In this document: piece by piece, positions 35,945-43,057 of the stretch
Position numbering within the stretch: the first letter of the stretch is position 1
How the letters are laid out: every line of letters begins with the position of its first letter
Program-made: the position numbers and the translations under genes
The notes under the pieces: generated by a model
What the model was told of the DNA's origin: nothing
The model's database searches: none
What the model saw: only the letters and a program-made list of their open reading frames with translations
Assembly (NCBI GenBank): GCA_964483485.1
Contig: CAZABQ010000001.1
Span: forward strand, 1-43,057
Length of the DNA stretch: 43,057 nt
Source of the DNA: an uncultured Methanomicrobiales archaeon
GTDB lineage: Archaea > Halobacteriota > Methanomicrobia > Methanomicrobiales > Methanocorpusculaceae
Direction: 5' to 3'

Positions 35945-36096
35945 TAGTCACACCACCAGTTCTTTCGAGGACAATGATTCAGACTATTCAAGGCTATCTT
36001 TCCTCCATCGAACATGCAGAAGGATTGATTGCCTTCTTCGTCCAGTTTGGGGAATTTCCGGTAATCAGCGCATGTATTACATTCAGATGCGTCCAT
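35944..36096 (-). CDS. Cys-rich microprotein (50 aa)
   Basis: MDASECNTCADY..FC..HCP; ATG 1 nt after the Sak4-like stop. Confidence 0.58.
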   Translation of the reverse strand: MDASECNTCADYRKFPKLDEEGNQSFCMFDGGKIALNSLNHCPRKNWWCD

Positions 36097-36097
36097 G

Positions 36098-37456
36098 TTA
36101 CTTCCCCATACATTTCTTGCAGAGGCAGCGTCCCATGAATAGCGTAGATACATCCTTCTGAACTTTCGTGATGGTCACTCCGCAATTGGCGCAGATGTAC
36201 TCCGCAATTGGTTTGGTAGCTGGTGCTTTCTCCTCCGCACCCTCGGGTGTTTTTTCGGGCACTGGAGCGGGTTCTTCCACAGGAGCGGGTGTTGGTGCAA
36301 CTGGGGGTTTGGGTGCTTTCTCTACCGGGTTCTCAGGAAGCGAGTTGGGTTTTATCTCCTGCTCTTTAGGGGGATGTGGAGTAGTAGGTGGGGTTGAAGC
36401 AGGTTCCGCCTTCGGCGTTTTCGACTTGATTTTTGTCACATTTGGTTTTTGTTCTTCCACAGGAGCAGGCGTTACTTCTGCCTTGGTCTCTACCACCGAG
36501 GTGGGGTGTTCTGCGGTTTCGCGGAGCGCGTTTGTCATCTGCCTCCACATCTTGCAGTCAGTGTCAATCGCATCGCGATCATACGTGTCCTCGTCGAATT
36601 TGGCTGCGTGGATTGCGGAAGTATCCCATCCGTTCGCAGCGTAATTCTCGAGAATGCTCCGGAACTCAAACCCTGAGTATATCCGTTCGGGCCGCTTTTT
36701 CGCAGGGGGTGCAAACGATGGCACTGGATTGGATTCCAGGGTTGTAGTTCCAGATTCCAACCAATCCCGCAGAACAATGCCAGTATCCATACCAGGAATG
36801 AATGGGCCCTTTGTGTCGAACAGACCCGTTCTGTCCTTCGAAACAGTCGCGAGATGACCCATTTGAGTCTGATTCATGTTCAGAACGACAGTGAACTCAT
36901 AATCAAATCCGTCACGCATTTCAGGTTTCAACCCGATTTTGACTGGCACTTTCTTCCCAGATTCATTGGTGCTGTCCGTGTCCCACGCAGTCTGGCTCCG
37001 CAGAGTCACGATGACATGAATCTTAGATGTAACAATCGCCTCGACAAATTCTTTGTAGTCGCGAGCAACATTTCGCCACGAACTGAACTTGTTCCGACAT
37101 GTCTCCGCCTCAATCTCCTGCTTTTCGAGCAAACCACCCGTGCCTTTCCACACAGGGGTTGCGGAATCAATGATGAGAACATCATACCCTGCTTCTTCTG
37201 CAGCGTGGATGACCGAGATATATTTCTCGACTTCATACGGTGCGGAAATTACACATGTATCAAAATCTGTGAGATGAGAGTAGAGCGCTGCTGATCTGTT
37301 TTCAGTGTCCGCAACTGCGATGCGACCTGTATCACCAGCGAGACCGCGTCCTATAAGTAACGAGGTATAAGTCTTGCCCGACCCACTTGTCCCAGCGATT
37401 GCCATCCGAAGTTTCGCTTTTCGGCGTTCTGCTTTTGAAAAGGTGATACTACTCAC
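36098..37456 (-). CDS. Sak4-like (AAA_24) ATPase/recombinase with Pro-rich linker and C-terminal Zn finger
   Basis: AERRKAKLRMAIAGTSGSGKT, DTENRSA, LIIDS, HVIVTLR, DYEFTVV, SKDRTGLF; CANC..LCKKC. Confidence 0.88.
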   Translation of the reverse strand: MSSITFSKAERRKAKLRMAIAGTSGSGKTYTSLLIGRGLAGDTGRIAVADTENRSAALYSHLTDFDTCVISAPYEVEKYISVIHAAEEAGYDVLIIDSATPVWKGTGGLLEKQEIEAETCRNKFSSWRNVARDYKEFVEAIVTSKIHVIVTLRSQTAWDTDSTNESGKKVPVKIGLKPEMRDGFDYEFTVVLNMNQTQMGHLATVSKDRTGLFDTKGPFIPGMDTGIVLRDWLESGTTTLESNPVPSFAPPAKKRPERIYSGFEFRSILENYAANGWDTSAIHAAKFDEDTYDRDAIDTDCKMWRQMTNALRETAEHPTSVVETKAEVTPAPVEEQKPNVTKIKSKTPKAEPASTPPTTPHPPKEQEIKPNSLPENPVEKAPKPPVAPTPAPVEEPAPVPEKTPEGAEEKAPATKPIAEYICANCGVTITKVQKDVSTLFMGRCLCKKCMGK

Positions 37457-38106
37457 GCGGGCTCACCTTCTTCAAGCTCAAGAATGCTCTTTCTACCGAG
37501 TAATTTGGCATCGTGAATGGGCATCAGGTATGCCTCTCCAACTGGAGACCAGACGGCTTTCACACCGCCGAGTCTCTCATACGCCTCCAAGCCGTCGTTC
37601 CCGACGGTTTTCTGTAGGTCTGCCATCGTGATCTTTGCGTTCGCGGTGAACACCTCACCCCCAATCTTTCGTAGGAAAGGCTGGACGGCGTTGTCTCCGT
37701 TGACGTAGTTTGACAGGATGCGAAGCGCGACTTTTCCGTCAACTTTCGCGATACGTTCGAATGTGGATGGTTCGTGTTCCAGAAACCACTGGGCGTCGAC
37801 ATGCCGTTTCTTGTCAAGAGTCACTCCGGTGACGACATAATTTGCGTCGCGAATTCCGTTTCTCTGAATTTCCTTGACGATTGTATCAATCGCCTCCGTG
37901 ACGTCTCCGAGTTCTTTTTCCGTCCGACGCAGTTCAATCGTCAAACGGTCTCGATCCCCCGTGAGTTTTTTCAACAGTACATACGCTTCGGTCGAAGGTG
38001 CCAGACCCGTTAGTTTTTCATCTTCAGGGTCGAATAAATAATTGTCAGCTCGGTTTGGCTTCTTGGTCGTTGTCATCTTCCGGCTGACATCAGTTTCAAT
38101 TGTCAT
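37453..38106 (-). CDS. Hypothetical coiled-coil protein in the recombination module
   Basis: ORF track 37453..38193; likely ATG 38106 or 38076; GTGA overlap with the Sak4-like gene. Confidence 0.7.
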   Translation of the reverse strand: MTIETDVSRKMTTTKKPNRADNYLFDPEDEKLTGLAPSTEAYVLLKKLTGDRDRLTIELRRTEKELGDVTEAIDTIVKEIQRNGIRDANYVVTGVTLDKKRHVDAQWFLEHEPSTFERIAKVDGKVALRILSNYVNGDNAVQPFLRKIGGEVFTANAKITMADLQKTVGNDGLEAYERLGGVKAVWSPVGEAYLMPIHDAKLLGRKSILELEEGEPA

Positions 38107-38299
38107 TTTCCTTTCCTTTTTCCAGAACTCCAAGGGCCTCTTGAGCAGAAAGAATTCTACCGCTGGCATCGTCCTTGAGTTGATAAATTCCATGTTCCAG
38201 CATCACTGGGATGAAATTATCGAGCATCGGATAGTTCATCTGATACAGATGATGCAGGTCGTTGATGCACGATACTGGAAGTGTTCTTCTTGCGATCAT
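38096..38299 (-). CDS. Hypothetical protein (67 aa)
   Basis: MIARRTLPV.. starts in an ATGA overlap with the RHH stop. Confidence 0.6.
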   Translation of the reverse strand: MIARRTLPVSCINDLHHLYQMNYPMLDNFIPVMLEHGIYQLKDDASGRILSAQEALGVLEKGKENDN

Positions 38300-38442
38300 T
38301 CGATTTCCTCGATTGCTTTCAATACACACTCCCGCAGGAGCGCAGAGCGTGATAACCGGCGTTCCCCTGCCACGGTATCGAACATCTGAATGTCCTCCAC
38401 CGGGGCACGGAACACCACCTGCATTTCGGTTTTTGCTATCAC
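38296..38442 (-). CDS. RHH (CopG-like) regulator, 48 aa, absent from the ORF track
   Basis: GTG start: MIAKTEMQVVFRAPVEDIQMFDTVAGERRLSRSALLRECVLKAIEEIE; about 23 nt downstream of TTTATATT. Confidence 0.8.
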   Translation of the reverse strand: MIAKTEMQVVFRAPVEDIQMFDTVAGERRLSRSALLRECVLKAIEEIE

Positions 38443-38502
38443 ATTTTATCATTTGTGTTCATGGAATATAAATAGTATACAAATGCTAACATTCTGATAA
38501 CA
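38434..38502. promoter_or_regulatory. Divergent switch promoter: shared TATA element flanked by inverted operators
   Basis: AATATAAATA at 38465-38474 reads as a TATA box on both strands; arms CAAATGATAAAATGTGATAGCA (minus) and CAAATGCTAACATTCTGATAACA (plus). Confidence 0.7.
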
Positions 38503-38757
38503 ATGCACCAGGAAAAAGAGAAACACGACGAACAAGTACTTTTCAGGACAACGAAGGAGTTGAAGAAACAGATCGAGGCTGATGCAAAAGCGAACAGGAT
38601 ATCAACGTCCGAATGGATGAGGCGTGCTGTTGTCTATTACTTGAAGGCTCAGTCAGGAGAAACCAAAGAAGAAAATAAAAAAATGTTGATGGCTTGTCTT
38701 GATGACAAAGCGTTTCTGGATGAGTTTTTGCAGAAGCTCAATCTCGGCGGGAAATAA
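38503..38757 (+). CDS. RHH repressor-like protein
   Basis: QVLFRTTKELKKQIEADAKANRISTSEWMRRAVVYYL; the only convincing plus-strand gene left of att. Confidence 0.85.
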   Translation: MHQEKEKHDEQVLFRTTKELKKQIEADAKANRISTSEWMRRAVVYYLKAQSGETKEENKKMLMACLDDKAFLDEFLQKLNLGGK

Positions 38758-38926
38758 GCCCCCTCACCTTCTCAACAAATTCATCCGATAACATCAGTTC
38801 CCGACACCGACTCATCGTCAGGTTTGCCTCTTTTTCATCACCGAGTTTCTGGCAAGTAGCGAGTCTGTTCTGTCGCCCGTGGCTTTTGCGGTTAGTTAAC
38901 CTTTGGTGCTTTACTTTACTCACCAT
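38738..38926 (-). CDS. Possible small protein downstream of the integrase
   Basis: ATG 6 nt after the integrase stop; no recognisable motif. Confidence 0.3.
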   Translation of the reverse strand: MVSKVKHQRLTNRKSHGRQNRLATCQKLGDEKEANLTMSRCRELMLSDEFVEKVRGLISRRD

Positions 38927-38932
38927 GTAAAA

Positions 38933-40144
38933 TTATTGGGTTGATTGAGGTTTCTTGGAAGATGTATCGACCTTACTGTCCACAACGAGTTTCAACACAT
39001 CAGGATCGTTTAAATCCGAAGTCGTGTCTTTATAGGTCAACGCCAGCCGCTCGTCAAGAATGATTCCACACATTGAACAATACTTCGCGCCTGCCGAATT
39101 AATCGTCCTACATTGAGGGCATTGAACTACTGTGGCAGTTTCCTCAATCACTGTATCTTCGATCACTCCATTCTGCTGGAGGATGGTTCTCTGTAGCTGC
39201 TCTTCGGAAGTATGGACATAAGTCATCGGCATCTGAGAACGAGGAGACCACCCGTAGTAGGCGTTCATCTCCACTGAGGTCAAACCGCGCGCATTCAATG
39301 TCGCAGACAGATGTCGCATTGCGTGGGGCGAGGCTTTGATGTGCTTCGGAACTCCAACAGCCGTGGCGATTTCCCGGACATATGACCCCAACCTCTTTTT
39401 GCTAAGGCGGACATTCCCATGCCCGCGCGTGTTGTAGGTAACGAACAACGGAGCGTTCAAGTCGGGTTTTCCGTCTGGTAATCTGCACGGATGACAGTTA
39501 ATCCACGCCCGAATTTCAGGCAGACTAATCACAAATGGTGCCTGCCTCCTGCCAGTTTTTCCATTCAATTTGATGACTGCATGAGTTCTTTCAACTTTAA
39601 CATCACTCACGTTGGCATTATAGATTTCTCCTCGGCGGCAACCCGTCCCAAAAAAGATCATGATAATAGCCGCCCCTCGGACATCCCCTCGTTTCAATGC
39701 GTAGTCCCGCATCATCATAACCTGCTCGCGAGTGATATATTCATCGAGTGTTCGGGTGTTTAGGTGCTTCTTTCGTTTTATCGGGACGATTTTCCTCCCG
39801 ACATTTTCGTCCCGATGCAACCAGCACATGAATTTCCGGAGGACGATGACGTCGACGTCAAGAGTCGCGTCCGAGTAGTCACCCTTCGCAACTCTGTCGA
39901 GTCTCGCCGAGTATGCACGGAGCACTTGTCGATCAGTGATATCAGCGGCGTCTTCGACCCCGATTTCACGCAACCACGAGACCATCTTCGCAACATCGGT
40001 GTTGATGGTAGTCAGTGCCAGACCATTTCCACGTTCGTAAACGATCCAATCCTGAAGATACTCTGAATTTTTCGTCGATATTCCAATATGGGACTTGGCA
40101 TTCCGAAGGTATGCATAATTCTCAATCGTGCCCGTTTCTACCAT
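38933..40144 (-). CDS. int: Tyrosine integrase with C-terminal Zn ribbon
   Basis: TGCRRGE, GKTG, PHAMRH, YGW, TYVH catalytic set; CPQC..CSMC. Confidence 0.95.
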   Translation of the reverse strand: MVETGTIENYAYLRNAKSHIGISTKNSEYLQDWIVYERGNGLALTTINTDVAKMVSWLREIGVEDAADITDRQVLRAYSARLDRVAKGDYSDATLDVDVIVLRKFMCWLHRDENVGRKIVPIKRKKHLNTRTLDEYITREQVMMMRDYALKRGDVRGAAIIMIFFGTGCRRGEIYNANVSDVKVERTHAVIKLNGKTGRRQAPFVISLPEIRAWINCHPCRLPDGKPDLNAPLFVTYNTRGHGNVRLSKKRLGSYVREIATAVGVPKHIKASPHAMRHLSATLNARGLTSVEMNAYYGWSPRSQMPMTYVHTSEEQLQRTILQQNGVIEDTVIEETATVVQCPQCRTINSAGAKYCSMCGIILDERLALTYKDTTSDLNDPDVLKLVVDSKVDTSSKKPQSTQ

Positions 40145-40190
40145 AATTCTCGATAGGGCTGATGCGAATATATTCCTATTGGATGGGAAA

Positions 40191-40245
40191 AGATTCAGGG
40201 TCTGGTCTCATAGGAGTTCTGGGGTTCGAATCCCTTCCTTCGCAC
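40191..40245 (+). other. att core: 3' half of tRNA-Leu(CAG)
   Basis: AGA-TTCAGGG-TCTGG anticodon arm (5' side incomplete), CTC-ATAG-GAG variable arm, GGGTTCGAATCCC T arm, CCTTCGCA acceptor strand; no D arm or 5' half; 46 nt from the integrase start. Confidence 0.88.
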
Positions 40246-40816
40246 TTCTTTTCATCGTAGGATTCATCAGAATCAGAGCTTATTTTCTAATCAACAACCC
40301 AGCTGCAAAACAAAATCACCGTTCGCAGAATACCAGCAACACTCAGATGCAACAAGCACATCACCAGCCCCCCTCCTACTATAAAGATATCCCCTTGGAA
40401 CGTATCGTATCTGACGACGACGTGACTGCTGCTGCTGTTCACACCTGTATGTAATGGGGAGAACATTTGATAGGAAGGTGGTCTCCTGCATCCACTTTGA
40501 CTAAGTGGGTTGTTCCTGCGGTGTAGCTGTTGGTAAGTACTGTGGCAGAGCTGCCGGTACCGGATGCATAAATTGTAGGAGTCAGTGAGTATTTTCTCCA
40601 GAATTGCGAAGGAAAACCCCGTTATAGTATCTTTCGATGAACAGAGCAGTCACAAAAGGCGAGGTTGGGAGAGGAGATGGAAGCACTTTCAGATCGCGCG
40701 GTCCAAAGGATATATACCTGTGCGATCCATTACTTGTTTGTAACGTCTTTGAGGCAAAGAACTATTAGATGACACATGATATTATTAAGTAACGAGCAAA
40801 GGGAGGAGAGATAACC

Positions 40817-41728
40817 GTGCACGCAGTATCTGAGAATCTTAGCAACGCAATGGTATACGTTGTGCGCAACCACTCCTCATTTGGACGGACTCAGCTGATA
40901 AAAACGATCTTCTTCGCCGATCTCATCCACTATAACCTATGCGGTACACTGATGTTTCCCTCCCCCTACCTTAGAATGGATCATGGCCCTGCATCCTGCT
41001 GCGCACTGGATGTCGCTGCAACCACCGACACCCCATACTTCGTCGTAACACCCCTATCTCTCTCGCCAAATCATACAAAGTATACTTATGCAGCAAAGAT
41101 AGCAGAGGATCTGAGTTCTCTTCCCCTATGGAAACTGGAGATGATCGCTGCCGCTGCTGAACTTGTGAGAAAGAAAAACACCGCAACTGCAGTCAGTGAC
41201 CTCACCCACAAGTTCAGACTCTGGAGTGAAACTGATGACAACGCCGAGATCGATGAAGAACTCTTTAAACTCAACAACGAGGAACTGGACCTGCTCTATC
41301 AGGAAACCGGCATCTGTCTCACACCGTTCTCACGTGAATTCTGTACAAAACTTAACACCTATCAGACTATAGTGGAGATAGAGGATATTCTTCCTGTTCT
41401 CTCCTGCTCGTATCCCGATGACCCTAAATGGGACGAATGGCTGGATGCATACCTTGCCTGGGAAAGTGCGGTAAAATTCTGCTGCCGCACCTCGCCCCAA
41501 AAACTCGACACCCTGCGTTCATTAGGAATGGACCTGATTATCAGGATCTCCTGCTCCATCACCAAACCAGAGACGATCCGGCAGTTTGCTGCGAGGTATG
41601 AGCAGTGCTTTAATGAGATATGCGAAGAGGAATCCCAAAAAATCACCATGAACCTCTCGCCTGAAGAGTACGAGTCGGTAAATGAAGTGATGCGTTCCAT
41701 GCGTCAAAAATTAGGACTGATAGACTGA
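40817..41728 (+). CDS. Panacea (DUF4065/SocA) domain antitoxin-like protein with C-terminal extension
   Basis: TQLIKTIFFAD..YLRMDHGP..SDLTH...W; GGAGGAG SD. Confidence 0.8.
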   Translation: MHAVSENLSNAMVYVVRNHSSFGRTQLIKTIFFADLIHYNLCGTLMFPSPYLRMDHGPASCCALDVAATTDTPYFVVTPLSLSPNHTKYTYAAKIAEDLSSLPLWKLEMIAAAAELVRKKNTATAVSDLTHKFRLWSETDDNAEIDEELFKLNNEELDLLYQETGICLTPFSREFCTKLNTYQTIVEIEDILPVLSCSYPDDPKWDEWLDAYLAWESAVKFCCRTSPQKLDTLRSLGMDLIIRISCSITKPETIRQFAARYEQCFNEICEEESQKITMNLSPEEYESVNEVMRSMRQKLGLID

Positions 41729-41741
41729 AGGAGAAGATACC

Positions 41742-42395
41742 CTGTCGTTCTTTTTTGACAGTAATGTAGTTTTGGGATACTGTTTTGCCGGAACCGATCA
41801 CTGGGGATCTGCTGCGGTTGCGGCGATGTATGCGCCGAATCAGATAAAGTACACCAGTAATGTGGTATGGGAGGAATGTTTTGGAGGCAGTGAGAGAGGC
41901 GGCAGGGCAGGAACGATACTTCAGTACATACGTAAAGAAACGCGAAGGCTCTGTGTGGATTTGAAAAGAAACAGTGTGCCGTCGTATGCAGCCCTCGTAA
42001 CGGATTATCCGACGATCGGGAAAAGAGTTCATGCCCTGCGAAGTCAGGGAATGAACGCGGAGGAACTACAGGTGTGGGCAGAAACTCTGCGTATGAACAT
42101 TGAAACTCTGTATTATCAGGCGAAAGAGGAGGTGAAGCTTCACCTGAGGGTGCACACACGACGGGATCCTTACTATGATATCTACCGGTGGCTTTGTAAT
42201 GCCTATGATGCAGCGGGAATCGAGAGAGATCCTGATGATCTGGAAGTTGTTCTGGATGCCCACGACCTGACCCGCACGGTTAGTGAATTGACCCTCGTCA
42301 CCGGAGACCTGCGACACATCGTTGCCGCAGCAGGTATCATCTGCAAGATAACCGCCATTCATGAGGTGAGGTCACTCGCGGACTATGCACCATAA
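41742..42395 (+). CDS. PIN-domain nuclease, probably CTG-initiated
   Basis: In-frame FFFDSNVV upstream of TTG 41772, V.WEE, DPDDLEVVLDA, LVTGD; AAGGAG SD upstream of CTG 41742. Confidence 0.75.
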   Translation: MSFFFDSNVVLGYCFAGTDHWGSAAVAAMYAPNQIKYTSNVVWEECFGGSERGGRAGTILQYIRKETRRLCVDLKRNSVPSYAALVTDYPTIGKRVHALRSQGMNAEELQVWAETLRMNIETLYYQAKEEVKLHLRVHTRRDPYYDIYRWLCNAYDAAGIERDPDDLEVVLDAHDLTRTVSELTLVTGDLRHIVAAAGIICKITAIHEVRSLADYAP

Positions 42396-43057
42396 AAAGA
42401 TTATGCCAGATCAACCGTGATCGTTACTGCGACAAGGTTTGCCGCGAACGTTGAGGACCCAGTTCAGGTGAACTGCTATCAGCGTATATGTCACGCCCGG
42501 GCACGTTCAGGAACTGTCGGCGAAACTCCCCGTATCACCCTCGTACACCACCGCAAGCAGTATCACTGCCCCCTCCCATGCAATAACAATTCACAACTGG
42601 TGTGTAGATCATCAGATTTCCGTCTATATCGAATCAGGGATACGAACCACTCTGATGGGACAACAGAAGCTCCCGGGGTACCGAGACAAGCGTGACCGGT
42701 GGTGACACGTTCATGGATGATCCATTCGTTGAGATATTCAGCATTTGTGGAGGAGAGTCAGGTGAGGATTCTAAGGTAGTAGTAATCGTCGATGATGCCG
42801 GAGGTAACCATGATTAATGGGGGGGGGAGATTGGAGAATATAGCCCAAGTGTGGTAGTAGATTCGGGATTTATTCTCATGACGGTCTAGGAGTTCGAATA
42901 CCTTTCAGCATATTTCATTTGGGGTGTTTTTACAGTATCAGTCACAAGCTGCGAAAAATCATCCCCTGTAAAGATTGGAATTATTAAATCGAAAAATAGA
43001 AGATTACTGATCCAGAAGTGTTCTGGACACAATATACTCACCATGTGCCTCGCGGGT

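Larger units (their letters stand above)
1..40245 (-). mobile_element. Temperate tailed (siphovirus-like) provirus, probably archaeal; left part lies outside the window
   Basis: Contiguous terminase-portal-capsid-tail module, primase/helicase, tyrosine integrase and adjacent tRNA 3'-half att core; GAGGTGA SD sites upstream of 4186, 11223 and 12185. Confidence 0.93.

Noticed and set aside
36200-36520. Pro/Glu/Lys-rich low-complexity repeats (PAPVEE twice)
   Set aside because: Ordinary disordered linker of the Sak4-like protein
443-37708. Numerous plus-strand ORFs (e.g. 9754..10434, 14236..14919, 27557..28225, 33421..34236)
   Set aside because: Antisense shadows of well-supported minus-strand genes, with no motifs of their own
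25756-38080. CRISPR or mini-CRISPR array from the 17-bp motif
   Set aside because: Copies are short, irregularly spaced (158 bp to 7 kb) and inside coding starts; no cas genes
38300-38452. N-terminal extension of ORF 38096..38452
   Set aside because: Overlaps a convincing RHH gene in another frame; the ATGA overlap points to a start at 38299
40128-40491. ORFs 40128..40454 (+) and 40291..40491 (-), and an intact tRNA gene
   Set aside because: The ORFs have no recognisable features and the first runs through the att core; the tRNA lacks its 5' half
42800-42860. G9 tract after GGAGGT-ATG (phase variation?)
   Set aside because: All three frames close within about 25 codons
42417-43057. ORF 42417..42695 and a possible minus-strand gene end at 43004-43057
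   Set aside because: No motif or SD support for the first; the second is too short to call

Overview
Positions 1 to about 40245 are the right-hand part of a temperate, siphovirus-like tailed provirus. The host is probably an archaeon (GAGGTGA Shine-Dalgarno sites, TATA boxes about 25 nt upstream of leaderless starts, PKD domains, an integrase with a C-terminal Zn ribbon); a methanogen host is inferred only. Almost all genes are on the minus strand. In transcription order they are: tyrosine integrase next to a tRNA-Leu(CAG) 3'-half att core (40191-40245); a divergent pair of ribbon-helix-helix (RHH) genes; Sak4-like ATPase; primase-polymerase and D5/SF3 helicase; about 9 kb of small accessory and anti-defence genes (Lar, DUF2829/Tad2-like, KilAC, DUF6927-like, YubB-like, many Cys-rich microproteins); a candidate iteron origin and late promoter (22200-22530); a YhhQ-DpdA-ParB 7-deazaguanine DNA-modification cassette coupled to the terminase genes; portal, gp7-like protein, GT2 glycosyltransferase, protease/scaffold, encapsulin-like HK97 capsid, head-tail connectors, tail tube, -1 frameshifted tail chaperones, tape measure, and Ig/PKD-decorated tail-tip proteins. 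The window cuts the last tail gene at base 1. Right of the att core is a Panacea(SocA)/PIN toxin-antitoxin-like pair. The most interesting items are the salvage-only DpdA cassette with two atypical GT2 enzymes, a 17-bp DNA-level motif at five gene starts, a phased TGATA operator shared by the switch and the late promoter, and a dispersed 4-Cys microprotein family. All family assignments come from motif recognition by eye, not from database searches.
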